From Parasitella parasitica NRRL 2501 (Eukaryota > Fungi > Mucoromycota), in NCBI GenBank assembly GCA_025201805.1, contig MU619241.1, positions 9,370 to 73,369 of the forward strand: 64,000 nucleotides of DNA, in the 5' to 3' direction. A program made the translations under genes and the position numbers. Positions 46,901-61,624 of the stretch are shown in pieces. Position 1 is the stretch's first letter. Every line of letters begins with the position of its first letter. The notes below the pieces were generated by a model that ran no database searches, was not told where the DNA came from, and saw nothing but the letters and a program-made list of their open reading frames with translations.

Positions 46901-49900
46901 TTAATGTGAGACGCTTCAAACTGCTACTGAGCGAAATCCCACCAGCTCTCATGCCTGTTTTCCAGGGCATTATTAAAGTATCTACCAATCGTCGAATCCC
47001 AACTGTAAATATGTCGTTCACTGACCGTGCAAAGTTTGTTGCTGAGGATATTGCTAGCTTGTTTGATCTTGGCCTTCATTACATGTTTGGCACCGAGGAT
47101 GCGCCCGATTGCAGGTTTGAATACTATGCAGCTATCTTTTCCATGATATCCATGTTGCTTCTGGACGATCGCTCTCGAACCGCTCTGGAGACTCCTATTG
47201 CTGTTGCTTTTGAACGTTCTGGCCTTGTTGATTTCTTGCTGAACGAAATGCTCCCCTGTTTCTGGGACGCAGCAGAGGCAAAAATCAAGGCAGGCGAGCA
47301 AGACGGTATTGTAGCTCACCGTATCAACACTTGTATCGAACTTTTGCTTGCTATTCTCCACCACCTGGGCTCGCCAAAGCTATTTTACTCTTCGCCGCAT
47401 ACAAACATACTTACTGCCGCACATCCAGACGATGCTTTCACGTTTACTCCAGACCTTCTGAACCCATACGACTGGGTTGCTTCAATGCAGCTCAAATTAA
47501 CTGGCCTGTACAAATACCTTCAAAGCCCTCTGCTACACAAATTTTCCAGACATGTCTTGCATTCTTTACTGAGATGTGTGACCCAAGTCATGAAGCATGA
47601 AGGTGAATCCCCTCCTCGTAATATTGCCCGTAGAACCGGTGGCGGGGCCAAGAACAATACTGCAGATGACAGTGCAATTGAGCATTTCGATACCAACCGT
47701 AGAGCCTTGATTACGATGGGATTCGAGGCTGATCGTGTGGACGATGCCTTGCGTAGAATGCGCTATGGTATCTGTGCTCTTGATTATCTGTTTAGTCGTC
47801 GTCTGGTACAGCACACCATAGAGGCAGGTCCGCCACAGTTGGATATTTCTGCCGAAATAGAATGTTCAAATCCACTGACTTTGGCCGAATTCGACGCTGG
47901 AGTTCGTATTTTGGTAAACATGTGGTACGACCCTACTCTAGCTACTCAGGCGCTGAGTGAAAGCGGCAACCTTGCCCAGGCTGCAATGTTAATGTCGAGA
48001 CATATACCCTCCGCATTAAGGACACCCTCTGATCAACAGCCGCAAGAAGTTGTAGTTGAAGATGACAATGATGATCAGTATGAAGATATTGCCACAGAGG
48101 ACGATGAAGGGGAGGCAGACGAGAGTATGTATACTACCGAGGAAGACGACGCCAACGAAGAAGCAGCAACTCCAAGCCGTCGGGTGGAAAAAAGAGCATC
48201 GACTGCAGAGGAAATCCGCACCGGATTGGCAAGCATCCGTAAGAAAATGCGTGCTCATATCCCTCTTATCCTGTCTCGGCTTGTTGATGAGCGTAACGAC
48301 CTTGACTTTGAGGTGCGTGGGCTGATGGCAATGCTATGCTGTGGCGACCCCAATGAATGGGACTTCAATACAAAGCAAACCGTTCGTCTGTTCTTTGGCG
48401 GTCCGAGCAAGCAGCAAGACGCTCTTTCCATGTTTGAATCTTCCATCAACAAGATCCGCATATTTGCTCTCATGTTGCGTGAGCCCAGCATGCAAGATGT
48501 CCTGTCTCTTTTGATCACCACCATGTCAGACTACATGAGCTGGTTCGAGTTCCTGGATATGATTGTGGCCCATCCTGACTTCCCTGATCCCAAGTGGCTG
48601 ACTACACTGTTTTTAATCCTGGAAGCTGCTCTAGCTCAGTCTGACGAACCAAAGGACGCTATCAGGACTACCGAAGAGGACATGTCCGTGCCAGCCATTG
48701 TCACAGCTGAAAATAGAACCACACTGATGAAGTACTGTTTAGAGTTATTGAAAATGGAGACTTTGACCGAGGATAATTTGATATCTGTGCTGAGAATCAT
48801 TGTGCGTCTTACCAAGCACCATGCAGCAGCCTTGCAATTTGTCGAACTGGGAGGCCTTGAACCTCTGTTTAAGCGGCCCAGCTCAGGATTCAAGGCTCTC
48901 AAGATCCAGCAAACCTATATCATCATGATTTTACGTCATGTCATTGAAAGCAAACAAGTCTTGACAGCGACAATGCGTGAATGGTTGGTTACCTTCTTCA
49001 CTAACTCTGGAGCGGATAATGTAGATGTCGATGCATTCACAAGAAACCATAGCAACTTGGCTTTGCGTGATCCTGACGTCTTTGTAGATGTGAGCACTCA
49101 ACTATGTCGATTTAGCAGCTCAGGCAAAAGCATTTGTTACAATGGAGCAAACAAAGACGATGACCGCAGCACTCCAGCGATCGAGACATCCTCTCTCGTT
49201 ATTCACTCTCTGCTGAACCAACTCGTGCAAACACAGGCCAATGCAAGCGAATCCAACCTCAAGCTTGCTTACACTGGATTTCTGCTGCAATGCATCTTTG
49301 AACTCGTATCGTCTTATCCATCTTGTAAGCACGATATCCTTAATTTCTCGACGGATTTCTCGACGGAAAAAGATGCAACAGCAACTGCTGATGTGCACCA
49401 GAAAATCTTGTTTAGGCTGACAAACACGCTCTTGCCCTATAATGCGATAAGCACGCCCACAGACCAAGATCGGAAAAAGCAGGGTGTGTCGATGTGGGTT
49501 GCGTCGCTCCTGGTTGGTATGTGCTACAACACTGCGCATGTGCATGAAAGCGACAAGGCATCTCACAGGAATGCGCTTGCTACTGTACGAAAGCATGTGC
49601 TTGATGTTGTAGCACGTTCAATCCAAGACGCACTGCAGTCCGATGCAACTGCAAGCGTAAAGTACAACAGATACTTTGCGCTTACAGAACTCTGTCACCG
49701 CATACTGAATGCTCGTCCCACTGGCATCAATGTCGATGCTGGCATCAAGGAAGAAGATGCTGTGAAGGAAGTCTCAAAGCTGATGTTGGAAAAGCGTTTC
49801 GTGCCCCTCTTGATATCTGTGATCAGTGATGTGGATGTCAACTACCCGCAAGCCAAGTCTATCCTCAACTCAGTCTTGAGGCCTTTGGAACAACTGACTA

Positions 49901-52900
49901 AATTAGCTATCCGCATCCACCGTGATTCTCCTCCTGCGCTGGACAACATGCAAAGGGAAATTGATCAAGCTAATCAGACCATTCACGCAGCCCATCAGCA
50001 GAACGACAGGGGACAAGACGATGAAGAAAACGATATCCAGGACATGTATATCCCCATGGACACAGACGAGGACGATGCAGAGGCTGGTGAAGTCAATGAC
50101 CTGTACAGAAACTCGTCTCTTGCCATGTTTGACGGCACCGTCTTGGAGGAAGAAAGCAGTGAAGAAGAGTCAGACAATGACATTTCCATGGCAAGGTTTG
50201 TGCAATACAACGACCGTTTGAATCTGTAGTTATTCCTAACCCTATGTCTAGTTCCGGTGAAGAGATTGTCGATGATGATGACGACGACGATGATGACGAC
50301 GATGACTCAAGTGGGTTAGAGATTGACATAAGTGCTGATTCTTCTTCAGTGGATGAACAGGACGAGGACATTGTATTTCGACGCCATAGATTCCACCATG
50401 CAGACACTGATGAGGAAGACGAGGTACTGAAAAAAAAAATCCAACTGTTTACCACTTACTAAATATTACAATCATTAGTCTGGCTCTGACAATGATGATT
50501 CGGGTTCTGATTCTCACAGCATGGCAAGCACTTTCTCATCAAACGAATACGACTCATCCAATGAGTCGCTCAATTCCGATAGGAGCGACTCGATCCACTC
50601 TAATGACAGTCGAGATCTAGCGTGGCAACTGACCGAAGAGGGGCGTATGAATGGGCACACGAGACGCCACAGAAGAGATAGCATCAGTAGCCTAGTAAGT
50701 CGCATATTTCTACCGTATGTTGTGTCCTTGTCGCTGACGTGGTAATAAATATTAGGGCAGTGGCGATGATGATGATGATGGTGACGACAATGATATGGAT
50801 GTTGATCCCGCTGATTATGAGTTGGACACTGGTGGCCTTAATGCGGAGGAACTTGCAGATGTGGAGCGTAATCGTAAGTTGCAGTATACCAATATTGTTG
50901 ATAATGTGTCAGCTAACCAATATCAATGTACAGTTGATCTGTTCAACAGAATGACTCGTGGAGGTGGAAACGGTTAGTGATTGTAGCACAGCATTCATTT
51001 AATTTTATATTGATCCGTTGCATAGCAACTCAAATCATCAACCCTACAGTAAGAGGCTCATTGAACAGCAATCCAAACAATGACAGCGGTGCTTTCAGAC
51101 CCTTTGATAACGTCATTCTGCATCCACTTTTACAAAGTGCTTCGTCTAATAATGCAGAAACACCTGCAGCTTCGTCAACTCTTTCAGCAGAAACTGCCAT
51201 CTTATGTGGTGCCAACAGAAATCATTTGCAAGCGTATGAAGATATCATTGGTGGTAGTGCTGTACGCATTTTGGAAAATTTATTTTCTCAACAACGACAA
51301 CGAAACAATGGCGCTGAAGAGGTCGCTACACATGCTGTTTCAAGTGGCAATGCGGATGAAACTGCAATGCATAATGAAAGCGAACAAGAGAACAAGGATA
51401 CTTTGGAATTGCTAAAAGAATTTCAACCCTCTCATACGACAGATCGCTGGGCCCAAGAAGCTCATATGGTTTACATTCCTGCGGTTGCCTCTGCCAAGGC
51501 CTCTAAGCTGACTGGTCAACTTATTACTGAGCTGACAAAACGAGGTCAAGATCAACCAACGATGCAGAAACACGAACTGGAACTCGCTTCCTCACCAGAG
51601 CCAGCCTGGAATGATACGGAAATTGACATTGTCATCGAAGAAGACGGCGACTCCTCTGATCTTGAAGCAGAGGACGACGACGAGGAGGAGCTACTCAATG
51701 TTGATGAACAGCAAAATCGCGTTACAGTCATGGTCCATGGAGAACATGTCGACATCACTGGAACAGGCATTGACGTAGAGTTTTTGGAAGCTCTCCCTGA
51801 TGATCTAAGAGCTGAAGTTATTAGCCAGCAAATGGCTGAACGCCGTCATTCTATTGAAAGCATGGACCAAGATGAGATCAGCCCCGAGTTTTTGGCTGCT
51901 TTACCACCTGATATTCGGAATGAGGTGCTCAGACAGGAGTCCATTGATCGCAGCAGACGCCAGACTAGAGAATTTCTAGACACAGGAGATATGGATCGAT
52001 TGGTGGAAAGCAATGCGAACAGCAGCAGCCACCCTGAACCGCATACCAGCGCTGTAAATACAAACGACTTGGAAGGTGTGCATCCCAATCTGGACCTTAC
52101 TTCTCGCGTTGGTTGCCCAACTGGCCCTGCACCGACTCGAGACGGCGCAACTGCAACATGGAGAATAGGCAGAGCGACCGGCGCTGCAGATCAGCAAGCA
52201 GAAAATAGCAACACGAATCAAGGTAGCAGAAGTGATACTGCCAACAATACTTCAAAAGCGCCTAGTCGCCACCACAAAGACGCTATCCGCATTGTCGATA
52301 AATCTCAATTGGCTGCTCTTGCTCGCTTGGTGTTTGTTCCTCAGTCTATATCAAAAGCTTTACTGAACAGGCTTCTATTGAGTTTATGCGAAAACAGTAA
52401 AACTCGCTCGGATTTGCTGTCTCTCCTGGTAAGCATTCTGCAAGATGGTAGCACTGACCTTGCAGCTGTCGATCGCAGTTTTATGGACCTATCTATTCAA
52501 AAGGGTTGCAACAGCAACAGCAACAGCAAAATGGAGGACACGCCTGTTCATGTTGTATCAGCACCGGCAGAAAACGCTCCCAATTTGATTGCTCAGCGAT
52601 GCCTGGAGATTCTGTACTATGTTGTTACTCTTAACGATCGTTCTCTCGCTTATTTCTTGACAGAACACGACAGTTTGAGTTATTTGAAGCGTCGTTACTC
52701 TGCCAGTAGTAGCCGAAAATCAAAGACAAAGGCCCTGACAAGCAACGCTTCCGTCAAGTACCCCATTTTGGTGCTAATTGGGCTTCTGGACCGCCCAGTT
52801 TTCATGGATAATGTCACGCTCATGGAACAGCTGATGAATTTGCTAGAAGTTATGTGTCGCCCTATACCCAGTTTGGTCTCCAACTATAGCAAAAAGAAGT

Positions 52901-54873
52901 CTGAAGCCAACATAGACGAGAAACCCGCGCATCGTCATGCTCCTCAACCGCCATCTATTCCAGATCACTATATTCAAAAAGTAGTCGACGTCCTTTCCAT
53001 GGGCGAATGCTCGAGCCATACGTTCAGGTCTACCATCAATGTTCTTTCCCGCCTGTCGCCTTTAGAGGGTGCAATGGACACTATCATTGATGGATTAACT
53101 AGCATTGCCAATACGTGTGGCAAGCAAATCATTGTTGACCTTCAGCAGCTGTACTTGATTTTGGATCATTTGAAGACTGGCGCTGAGCTGGAGGGCTCTG
53201 CACTAGCGCAGTTTTCTGCTGCTACTTCCCAGCAGGCTAGACTGCTGCGTGTGCTGAAGGCTATGGATTACTTGTACACTCGCAACAACAAGCGCAATGT
53301 ATCATCCGACCACGCCGAGCAAAATGAAAAGGCAGTGCTCAAGATTTATGACAAGTTGGACTTTTTACCGTTGTGGACAAAGCTCGGTGCCTGTCTTGCC
53401 TTGATCCAAGAGAGAGAAGATCTTTTGAACGTGGCCTCTGTTTTACTGCCGCTGGTGGAGTCATTCATGGCTGTTTCCAAGTATGTCGATAACAAGGGTT
53501 ATGCTGCCAAGTCAAGCACAGAAACAGCAGATCCAGCCGAAGAATTCTTTTTCAGCTTTACTGAAGAGCACAAGAAGATTCTCAACATCATGGTGCGCAA
53601 CAATCCGTCTCTATTGGTCGGCTCCTTCTCACTACTGAACCATAATCCCAAGATCCTCGAATTTGACAATAAGCGAAACTACTTTATACAACAGTTGCAT
53701 AAACGCACTAATCGTCGTGAACAATACCCCTCGCTTCGGCTGACCTTGGATCGTGCCAATGTGTTCGAAGACACTTATCGTAAACTACAAGGTCTCACAG
53801 GCGATGAAATCAAGTATGGCAAGCTAAATGTTCATTTCTATGGAGAAGAAGGCGTAGATGCAGGTGGTGTTGCTCGCGAATGGTTTTCTGTGCTTGCTCG
53901 TCAAATGTTTGACCCCAACTATGCGCTTTTTATCACTTCTGCTGCTGATAAGCTTACCTATCAGCCCAACAGAGCTTCTGGTGTCAATTCAGAGCATTTG
54001 AGCTACTTCAAGTGTGTGGGTCGCATTATCGGTAAAGCTATCCATGATGGAAGGCTGCTGGATGCCTATTTTACTCGCTCTTTCTACAAATTAATGCTTG
54101 GCCGCTCCGTCGATTACCGCGATATTGAGGCTGTGGATCCCGCCTATTACAAGAGTTTGGTGTGGATGCTGGAAAATGATATTACAGACATCATTGATCT
54201 CACATTTAGTGTGGAAACGGACGATTTTGGCACCAACAAGATTATTGATCTGAAGCCAGATGGACGAAATATCCCAGTTACCGAAGAAAACAAGCACGAA
54301 TATGTAACCTTGGTCATTGAGCAGAAATTAGTACTTGCCATCAAAGACCAAGTTAATGCTTTCCTCGAGGGTTTCCACGACATCATCCCTGCCGCTCTGA
54401 TTCAGATCTTTAACGAGCAGGAATTAGAGCTACTCATTTCTGGCTTACCGGACATCGATATTGATGAGTGGAAGGCCAACACTGTATACCAGGGCTACAC
54501 TCTTTCTTCGCCTCAAATCCAGTGGTTCTGGCGTGCTGTACGCTCTTTTGATCCAGAAGAAAGAGCTAAACTGCTGCAGTTCTCTACAGGCACATCAAAA
54601 GTGCCGTTGGAAGGATTTTCACAACTGCAAGGCTCAAATGGTGTTCAAAAATTTCAAATTCACAAGGAATTTGGTGATGTAAATCGTTTGCCGTCTGCTC
54701 ACACATGGTAAGTGTGCGACGTTTTGTTGTTTCGCTTGTTTGTTATTCACTTACTTCTTATCTCATTTAGTTTTAATCAAATCGATCTGCCTCAATATTT
54801 GACTTACGAAGACCTGCGATCAAATCTTTTTAAAGCGATTAGTGAGTGCTCAACTGGATTCGCTTTCCAATAA
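43959..54873 (+). CDS. TOM1: HECT E3 ubiquitin ligase Tom1 (HUWE1-like), multi-exon
   Basis: ATG 43959 (MKITRVPNRK). DUF908/913-type armadillo region (WPFPRGDLFQFVAVLNRFD, IHNEPTSL, DELIRHHPRL), UBA (LITMGF), acidic tract, UBMs (IDVEFLEALPDDLRAEVI) and HECT (LEFDNKR, GEEGVDAGGVAREW, TGTSKVP). The catalytic SAHTC|FNQ is split by intron 54708-54770. TAA at 54873. Confidence 0.95.
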
Positions 54874-56229
54874 TAACAATAAAGTGCAATTTTCAACATG
54901 TTCTTTAGCATCATTGACTAATAGATACAGACTCAAGAGTGGACGGCCTTTTAAATCATACTGCTAACTTCCACTCGCCTTTTGTTCTTATTTGCCATCT
55001 TTGGAAACCTTTTGATCTTGCGAGATTTTTTTTTTTTACCAAACTCGTCTAATTGATCGTCAAAAGTATATTAAAATAAAACATGCGACTAAATGTGCTC
55101 TATTCGATGGTTTATTTGATTTTTTCAATTTCGCAAAGGAGTAAGTTGAAACTATAAATAATACATATTTAGTTTAATTGCAGAAAAATTGATAAAGTTG
55201 ATCTGCACTACCCAAACAAGTATTACCATTGTATAGTGAGAGTTTCTAGTAAACTTTTTCTCTAATTCACATTTTGGAAAAGAGTTTCTCTTTTCAAGTG
55301 AAATATGGCATTTTGTCAGAATTGAGTTTTCAGACGAAGTACCATAAGGCAGAAAAATGAAAAAAAAAAAAAAAATAAGTTCAAATTTGCATCTAAATGA
55401 TCCTTGTAGTCTAAAGTCATCGATTGGCATGCTTTTGTGAGTCGCAAATATCCATTAACTTGCGTGATTTCTTTGGCATTCAGCGTATTTAAGCTACATA
55501 TCTTCCATTCATAGGTGCAGTCAGGTTATACTAAGCAAAGTAGTAGCGTATTCATCCCCGTGCATACCTTACCCAACAAGATAAACAAGGGTTTTTGATA
55601 GTAGGACGTCTCCAGCAATCCGCATATTTGCCGCCCAGAAAGTGGTGCCAAATACTCTCGATGATGCTTTGAATAGTTGTAGAATACCCAGAGTATTTGT
55701 AGTGCATAGTTGCCGATTCTACGTTCCATGGCCTTGATAACTCTACCTCGACCTTTTCTTTTATATCTCTTTTAGAGGTATAATAACCGAGCAAATCTTT
55801 TCAAGATAGTGCAGATCTATTCAGCTTTCGGCTGGTAAATTTTGTCCGTTTCGAAAATACTTGGCGGTTATCCCCATTTGGTCTACAAGTTAACATGTAT
55901 ATTTTAATTTAGTAGCATTGAAATATTCCAAGTATAAAGCGCATATAGTAGACCACGTTATTTTAATAAAAAACTAGCGATAGATATGCCCTAATTATCT
56001 AACTACTGCTATCTGGTCTAATTGGTGAACTATTGATTTGCAAATGCCTTGATTTTTTGATGTAAATCTGTGGCAATTTGATTAGGGAGATAGCCCAAAA
56101 CGATAATCATTTGCTAACGCTGTACCCACTCCGCTTTTATTGACCCTATTCTTGTTTTTATTTTACCCTTTTTTCCCCCTCTCTTTCTCTCTACTATCCT
56201 CTCTTTTTGTCTCTATCCATTTACTAAAG

Positions 56230-59200
56230 ATGAGTGCGATGCGTGGTTTGACAGTGTTCATTGGTAAGTGTCTTGTTACACTCTAATTACCCTTTTTACT
56301 AATCATGCTTTCCATACATAGCCGACATACGAAAATGTACAGTAATGTTGTATTTTGTTGGTCTGCATTTGTTGATTTATTGAAATCTAACTAGGTCGAG
56401 TTCGAGAGTTAGAAGAAAAGAGAATTAACAAAGAAATGGCCAATATTAGATCTAAATTCAAAGGTAATGCCGTTGTAAGGTGCACGTCTTGACTCTGACA
56501 CTCAACATTATACCAGAGGGTAATTTGAATGGCTACCAAAAGAAAAAGTACGTATGCAAGCTCTTGTACATGTACATCCTCGGTTGGGAGATCGATTTCG
56601 GTCATCTTGAAGCCGTGAATCTTATTTCTAGTCAAAAATACAGCGAAAAACAGATTGTGAGTCTGGCTGTGGAGCGTCGCTACTATCAGATGGCTCATGC
56701 GCATTTCATTATGTAGGGCTATTTGGCAGTTACACTTTTATTTCACGAGAACAGCGACCTAGTGCGACTTGTTGTCAACTCTACAAAGAAGGATTTGGAC
56801 GATATGAACGAGATTAACAACTGTCTGGCTCTACATGCCATTGCTAATATTGGCGGTCGAGAAATGGCTGAAAGCCTTGCCGTGGACGTTCATCGACTAC
56901 TGGTCTCGCCGTAAGGAGTTTCTATGGATACAGGAAACATGGGTATTTATTTTTTTTTATTGTAGCACGTCAAAGAGTTTTGTTAAGAAAAAGGCGGCAT
57001 TGACCTTGCTGCGTCTTTTCCGCAAGCATCCAGATGTAATTCCTGTTACTGACTGGGCCGAAAGGATCATTGCTTTGATGGATGAGTTTGATTTGGTACG
57101 TAATAACACATTGGCCGAGCTCAGTGAGATGTTGATCAAAAAGCGTATCAATTAGGGCGTTGCCCTGAGCGTCACCACACTAGTTCTTGCTCTAGCACAA
57201 AGTTTCCCAGTTGAATACAGCGGATGTTACGAGAAAGCAGTTAATCGGCTGAAGAATATTTTGGTCGAAAGGGACTACAGTTTGGATTATATCTATTACA
57301 AAGTGCCTACACCTTGGCTGCAAGTCAAATGCCTGCGTCTTTTGCAGTATTACCCTCCTCCAGAGGACGCCAAATTTCGTTCAGATATTAGCGAGCTCTT
57401 GCAGATAATCATTTCAAATTCTCAAGACTCACCAAAGAACGTGCAACATAGCAATGCACAAAACGCAGTGCTGTTTGAAGCCATTAACCTCGCCATTCAT
57501 CTCGATAGCAACTCCAGCATTTGCGCTCAAGCAGCAGCACTTTTAGGCCGGTTTATCTCGAGTAAAGAGACCAATGTCAGATATCTTGGTTTAGAGACGA
57601 TGGCGCATTTGGCAGCTTGTGTCGATTCGCTTGAACCCATCAAAAGACACCAGGAAACTATTTTGCTGTCTCTTCGCGACAAGGATATTAGTGTTCGCAG
57701 ACGTGGTTTAGACTTGCTGTATTCCATGTGCGATACATCTAATGCAAAGATTGTCGTATCAGAACTATTACGCTATCTTCAAGTGGCAGACTATGCCATG
57801 AGAGAGGAGATGGTGTTGAAGATTGCTATTTTGGCAGAGAAATTTGCGTCTACTTACTCATGGTACGTAGACATCATTTTACAGTTGATATCTACAGCCG
57901 GTGAGCAAGTTGGTGAGGAAGTCTGGTTCCGTGTTGTTCAAATCGTTACCAACAATGAAGAGTTACAAGAGTACGCAGCCAAAACCGTGCTAAACTACTT
58001 GGGATCGCCTCAGTACAACGAAACTATGGTCAAAGTAGGTGGCTACATTCTTGGTGAGTTTGGCCATCTGATTGCAAACATCGCTGGCTGTAGTCCTATC
58101 GAGCAGTTCAACGCTGTTCATGCCAAGTTTAACCTCTGCTCCTTACAAACCCGTGCTTTGCTATTGACCACCTATGTCAAATTCGTCAACCTCTTTCCAG
58201 AGATTAAGGGACAAGTGCTGCCTGTACTAAATCAATATAGATATGTGTTGGACGCAGAGCTCCAGCAGCGTGCTTGCGAATACTTTTCAATTTCGACCAT
58301 GCCCACTGACGATTTGTTGCAAACAGTCTGCGAAGAAATGCCTCCATTCCCTGAAAGAGAGTCCACGCTGCTGCTTAAATTGAACCAAAAGCAAGGCGAT
58401 ACCGAAGATAAGCGTGTTTGGGTCATCGGTGGTCGAGAAGCCAATATGGAGCGTCAAGACAGCCTCAAGCGCATGGTATCTGTTCGCTCCAGCTCTGCTG
58501 ATAATTTTCACACTGCATCATCTACTGTGCCTGCCGCTATGCCCGCTCGTTCCAACACTATGCCTGTCGCCTCTGTTTCGCCGCTATCAGACGAACCTGA
58601 TTTATTGAACTTTAACGATCTGTCATTAGATGGTACAGATAAGCCTCTTCAGATTTCCAACATAAATACCAGCACACCTCTGGCTCTGGGCTATGAACTT
58701 GGCTATCAGCTTTTGCAATACACTAGCGAGGGCGTCTTGTACGAAGACTCGCAGATGCAAGCCTCAATTAAATCCGAATACCATGGCTCACAGGGTCGCC
58801 TTGCGTTATATCTCACCAACAAGACACAATACATCATGTCTGATATCAATGTGATGCTGACACCCGCAGATGGTCTAGAGTCCAACCTGACGCCTTTGGA
58901 AGGCAATAATTTGCTCTCTGCAGGATCACAATTGCAGCGTTTAATTACGGTAGAATGCAATGATGTGTTCATTGATTCGCCTCATGTCTTTATTGCCTAC
59001 ACTGTCGGTCCTGAAACACAAGTTTTACACTTGAAACTGCCAGTCGTGCTGACCAAATTCCAAGAGCCCATCACTACAATGGATGGCACCAACTTTTTCA
59101 AGAGATGGAACCAAATCGGCGGTCCTCCTCGAGAGAACCAGGTCATTTTCAAAAGCCAGGTGCCTATCCAACTGTCTACAGCAGAGTCTTTACTACGAGA

Positions 59201-59476
59201 TTTTGGTGTCGGGCTGCTAACGAGTGTAGATCCAAATCCAAACAACTTTGTGGGCGCTGGTATTGTGGATTCTGGAAAACAAGGTGGTAAAATTGGTATC
59301 TTGTTACGGCTGGAACCGAACTTGGAGCAAAATGTAAGTCTGCAAATCATGCTATTCCAACCACTGTTCTTACGACATTTCTATAGATGTATCGTCTCAC
59401 TGTTAGAACACCCACAGAAGGTGCGTCGGCTGTTATTCGCGAGATTTTAGAAAGACCTCTTACTTTTGGTGCTTGA
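56230..59476 (+). CDS. APL3: AP-2 adaptor complex alpha subunit, multi-exon
   Basis: [86 protein letters not shown] and an appendage domain ([25 protein letters not shown]|MYRLTVR). Confidence 0.95.
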
Positions 59477-59690
59477 TATAATTTTTATTACATGTATTGA
59501 TAAATATACTACAAGAAAGAGACTCTCTCATTTACTAATGCTGCCATAAAACTAAGTCTAAAATAATATGAAAATGTGTGTGTATATATGACAAGCGGAT
59601 AAGGAGATAATATAGCAACCAGAGAGAAGGCTGATCATTGGAAATATACATATAAAACTTGTGGTAATACAGAGAAAGTGAGGTGACAAA

Positions 59691-61487
59691 TCATGCATTG
59701 CCATCAGTTGATGTTGGCAACACGTTTGTATCAAATATAGGTGACCCAACCAGCGTAGAGGACAGTAAAGCTTCACCGCTACGATTTGTTCTGCCAAACG
59801 TTGATAAATGATTGCTGCTTACGTTGATGGCTTGAGCTGGGGTAGCAGAAGTTGTCGCTTCTTGGTCATCTGGAATAGAGACAAATGGCACAGGTGGTGT
59901 AATTGCATTGTCATTCGTGGCAGCTGAAGAAGGTGCTTGAAAATGAGGTTTGACAACAATGTCTTGATCATGGTTTTCTTCCAGATCGCTACTTATATTA
60001 CTGTCGCTAGGATGCGATGACCCTTCAGTAACGTCTAAACGATGTCCCTCCTCGTCGTCTCCCAGCTCCTCTTCTTCATTTAATTCCGGCACTGTATCGA
60101 TAGCTGAAATACAAGATTGTTGCTGCTGCTGCTGCTGCTGTTGCTGTTGCTGTTGCTGTGGCTTTTGCTGTTGCTGCTGATTTTCCTGTAAATCCTTGGC
60201 AGCGTTAATTGCATCCAATACTTCGTCTACTTCTACCGCGACACTAGCCTCCAAATCAAAGTAACTACGGCAGAGAGGGCATGAAAAACCTGGGTAATTC
60301 TGGAAAACAATGGGTCGAAGACACTTGAAGTGGAATATATGCGAACACGGAGCAATAAACAAAGCTTGGAAGGGAGCGATGGCATACAAACAAATGCAGC
60401 ATTCTTGGATATCAGCTCTAGACATGTCTGTTGGCATACGACTCACCATTTTCGACAAACGTACTGCATCTGAAGCATCTGATGCAGCAGCAACTGCAAA
60501 ATTACTCGAATGTTCATGTACTTTGGTTGGTTCACGGTGAAGGCCTAAATCAGCTGGTTGAACAAGGTTCTCGTTAGTTGGTGATCCTGGTTGCTGTGGC
60601 GACGATGTTGTCGTGATGTTCGCACCAATAAGATGGCTTCTCAGCTGCTGAAATGCAGTGCGGGTGAATGGACTATTTGGGTTTTGTGATTGTCTGTTCA
60701 GCTCTACACGGATTCGAACAGCTCTGTAAATAGGCTCCAAACCACCCTGATAATCCACACCTAGTTGAATAGCATCTCCATCTCTTACTTCGTGAGGTTG
60801 GCTAATATGACTAGGTGAGCTGAGTCTAATTCGGTTTAAAAATGTACCACTTGATGATCCAATATCACGAAGATACACCTACAACAGACACTAGCTCAAT
60901 TAACCCACTCTCCAATGAAAAAAGAGCCAAAAGCCTACCTTGCCCTGGTCGGTCCACAGTTCAGCATGATTGCGACTTACGACTTTGCTTTTGAACGACA
61001 ATCTATCAGGAAGAGCATTTCTATCTGAAAAACGGCCAATTCGATACATGATGCCAGGCTCTAATTCTCGGTCGATAATCTCAAACACAAAGCTGCGACT
61101 AGAAATTCCAACGTTGGGCACCAATCTTAAGCGTGGTCGTACTACATTACTCGAGTTTCCAGAATCAGCAGACTCTGCCGAAGGTCTGGAAGACGTAGCG
61201 TCATTGGACTGTTGCTGTTGCGAAGCAACTGCCTCTGAAGCGTTGTTGTTTTCTTGTGTTGAAGGAATAGGCGATGATGGACTTGAATTAGAAAGACGTC
61301 TATGAGCACGGCGAAGACTCTGAAATCCTCGAGTGATCAAAGCAGGAGGAGGAGAGCTGCTGGCTGATGCTGATGTTGATGCGCTTCTGTTGCGGGGCAT
61401 GTTGGTTGTTCTTGTTGCTGGTGTAAAATTGGTATTTGTTGGGGATAATTCTGATGGATTAGACGTCAAGACAGGATACATGTACAT
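59691..61487 (-). CDS. DMA1: FHA-RING E3 ligase Dma1/Chf-like, 2 exons
   Basis: FHA: IGRFSD..FKSKVVSRNHAE..YLRDIGSSSGTFLN..IQLGVDYQGG. RING-H2: CCICLYAIAPFQALFIAPCSHIFHFKC..FSCPLCR. Confidence 0.92.
60119..60178 (-). repeat. CAG/CAA polyQ tract in Dma1
   Basis: (tgc/tgt)n run on the + strand. Confidence 0.9.
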
Positions 61488-61593
61488 CCAGAAGCAAAGA
61501 GAACCAATAAATGAGGAAAGAGAAAGAGAAAGAAAAAAAAAAAAATAGAGTCAAGAGCAGCTTGGGATGCTAGCCGACTACAATTTATATCAC

Positions 61594-61624
<31 letters not shown>

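Noticed and set aside
54700-54711. HECT ending in SAHTW, an apparent loss of the catalytic Cys
   Set aside because: This is an ORF-track artefact: TG|gtaagt...tag|T splices to TGT (Cys).
55430-55800. Cys/His-containing short ORFs, possibly a decayed LINE ORF1 zinc knuckle
   Set aside because: The similarity is too weak to call by eye.
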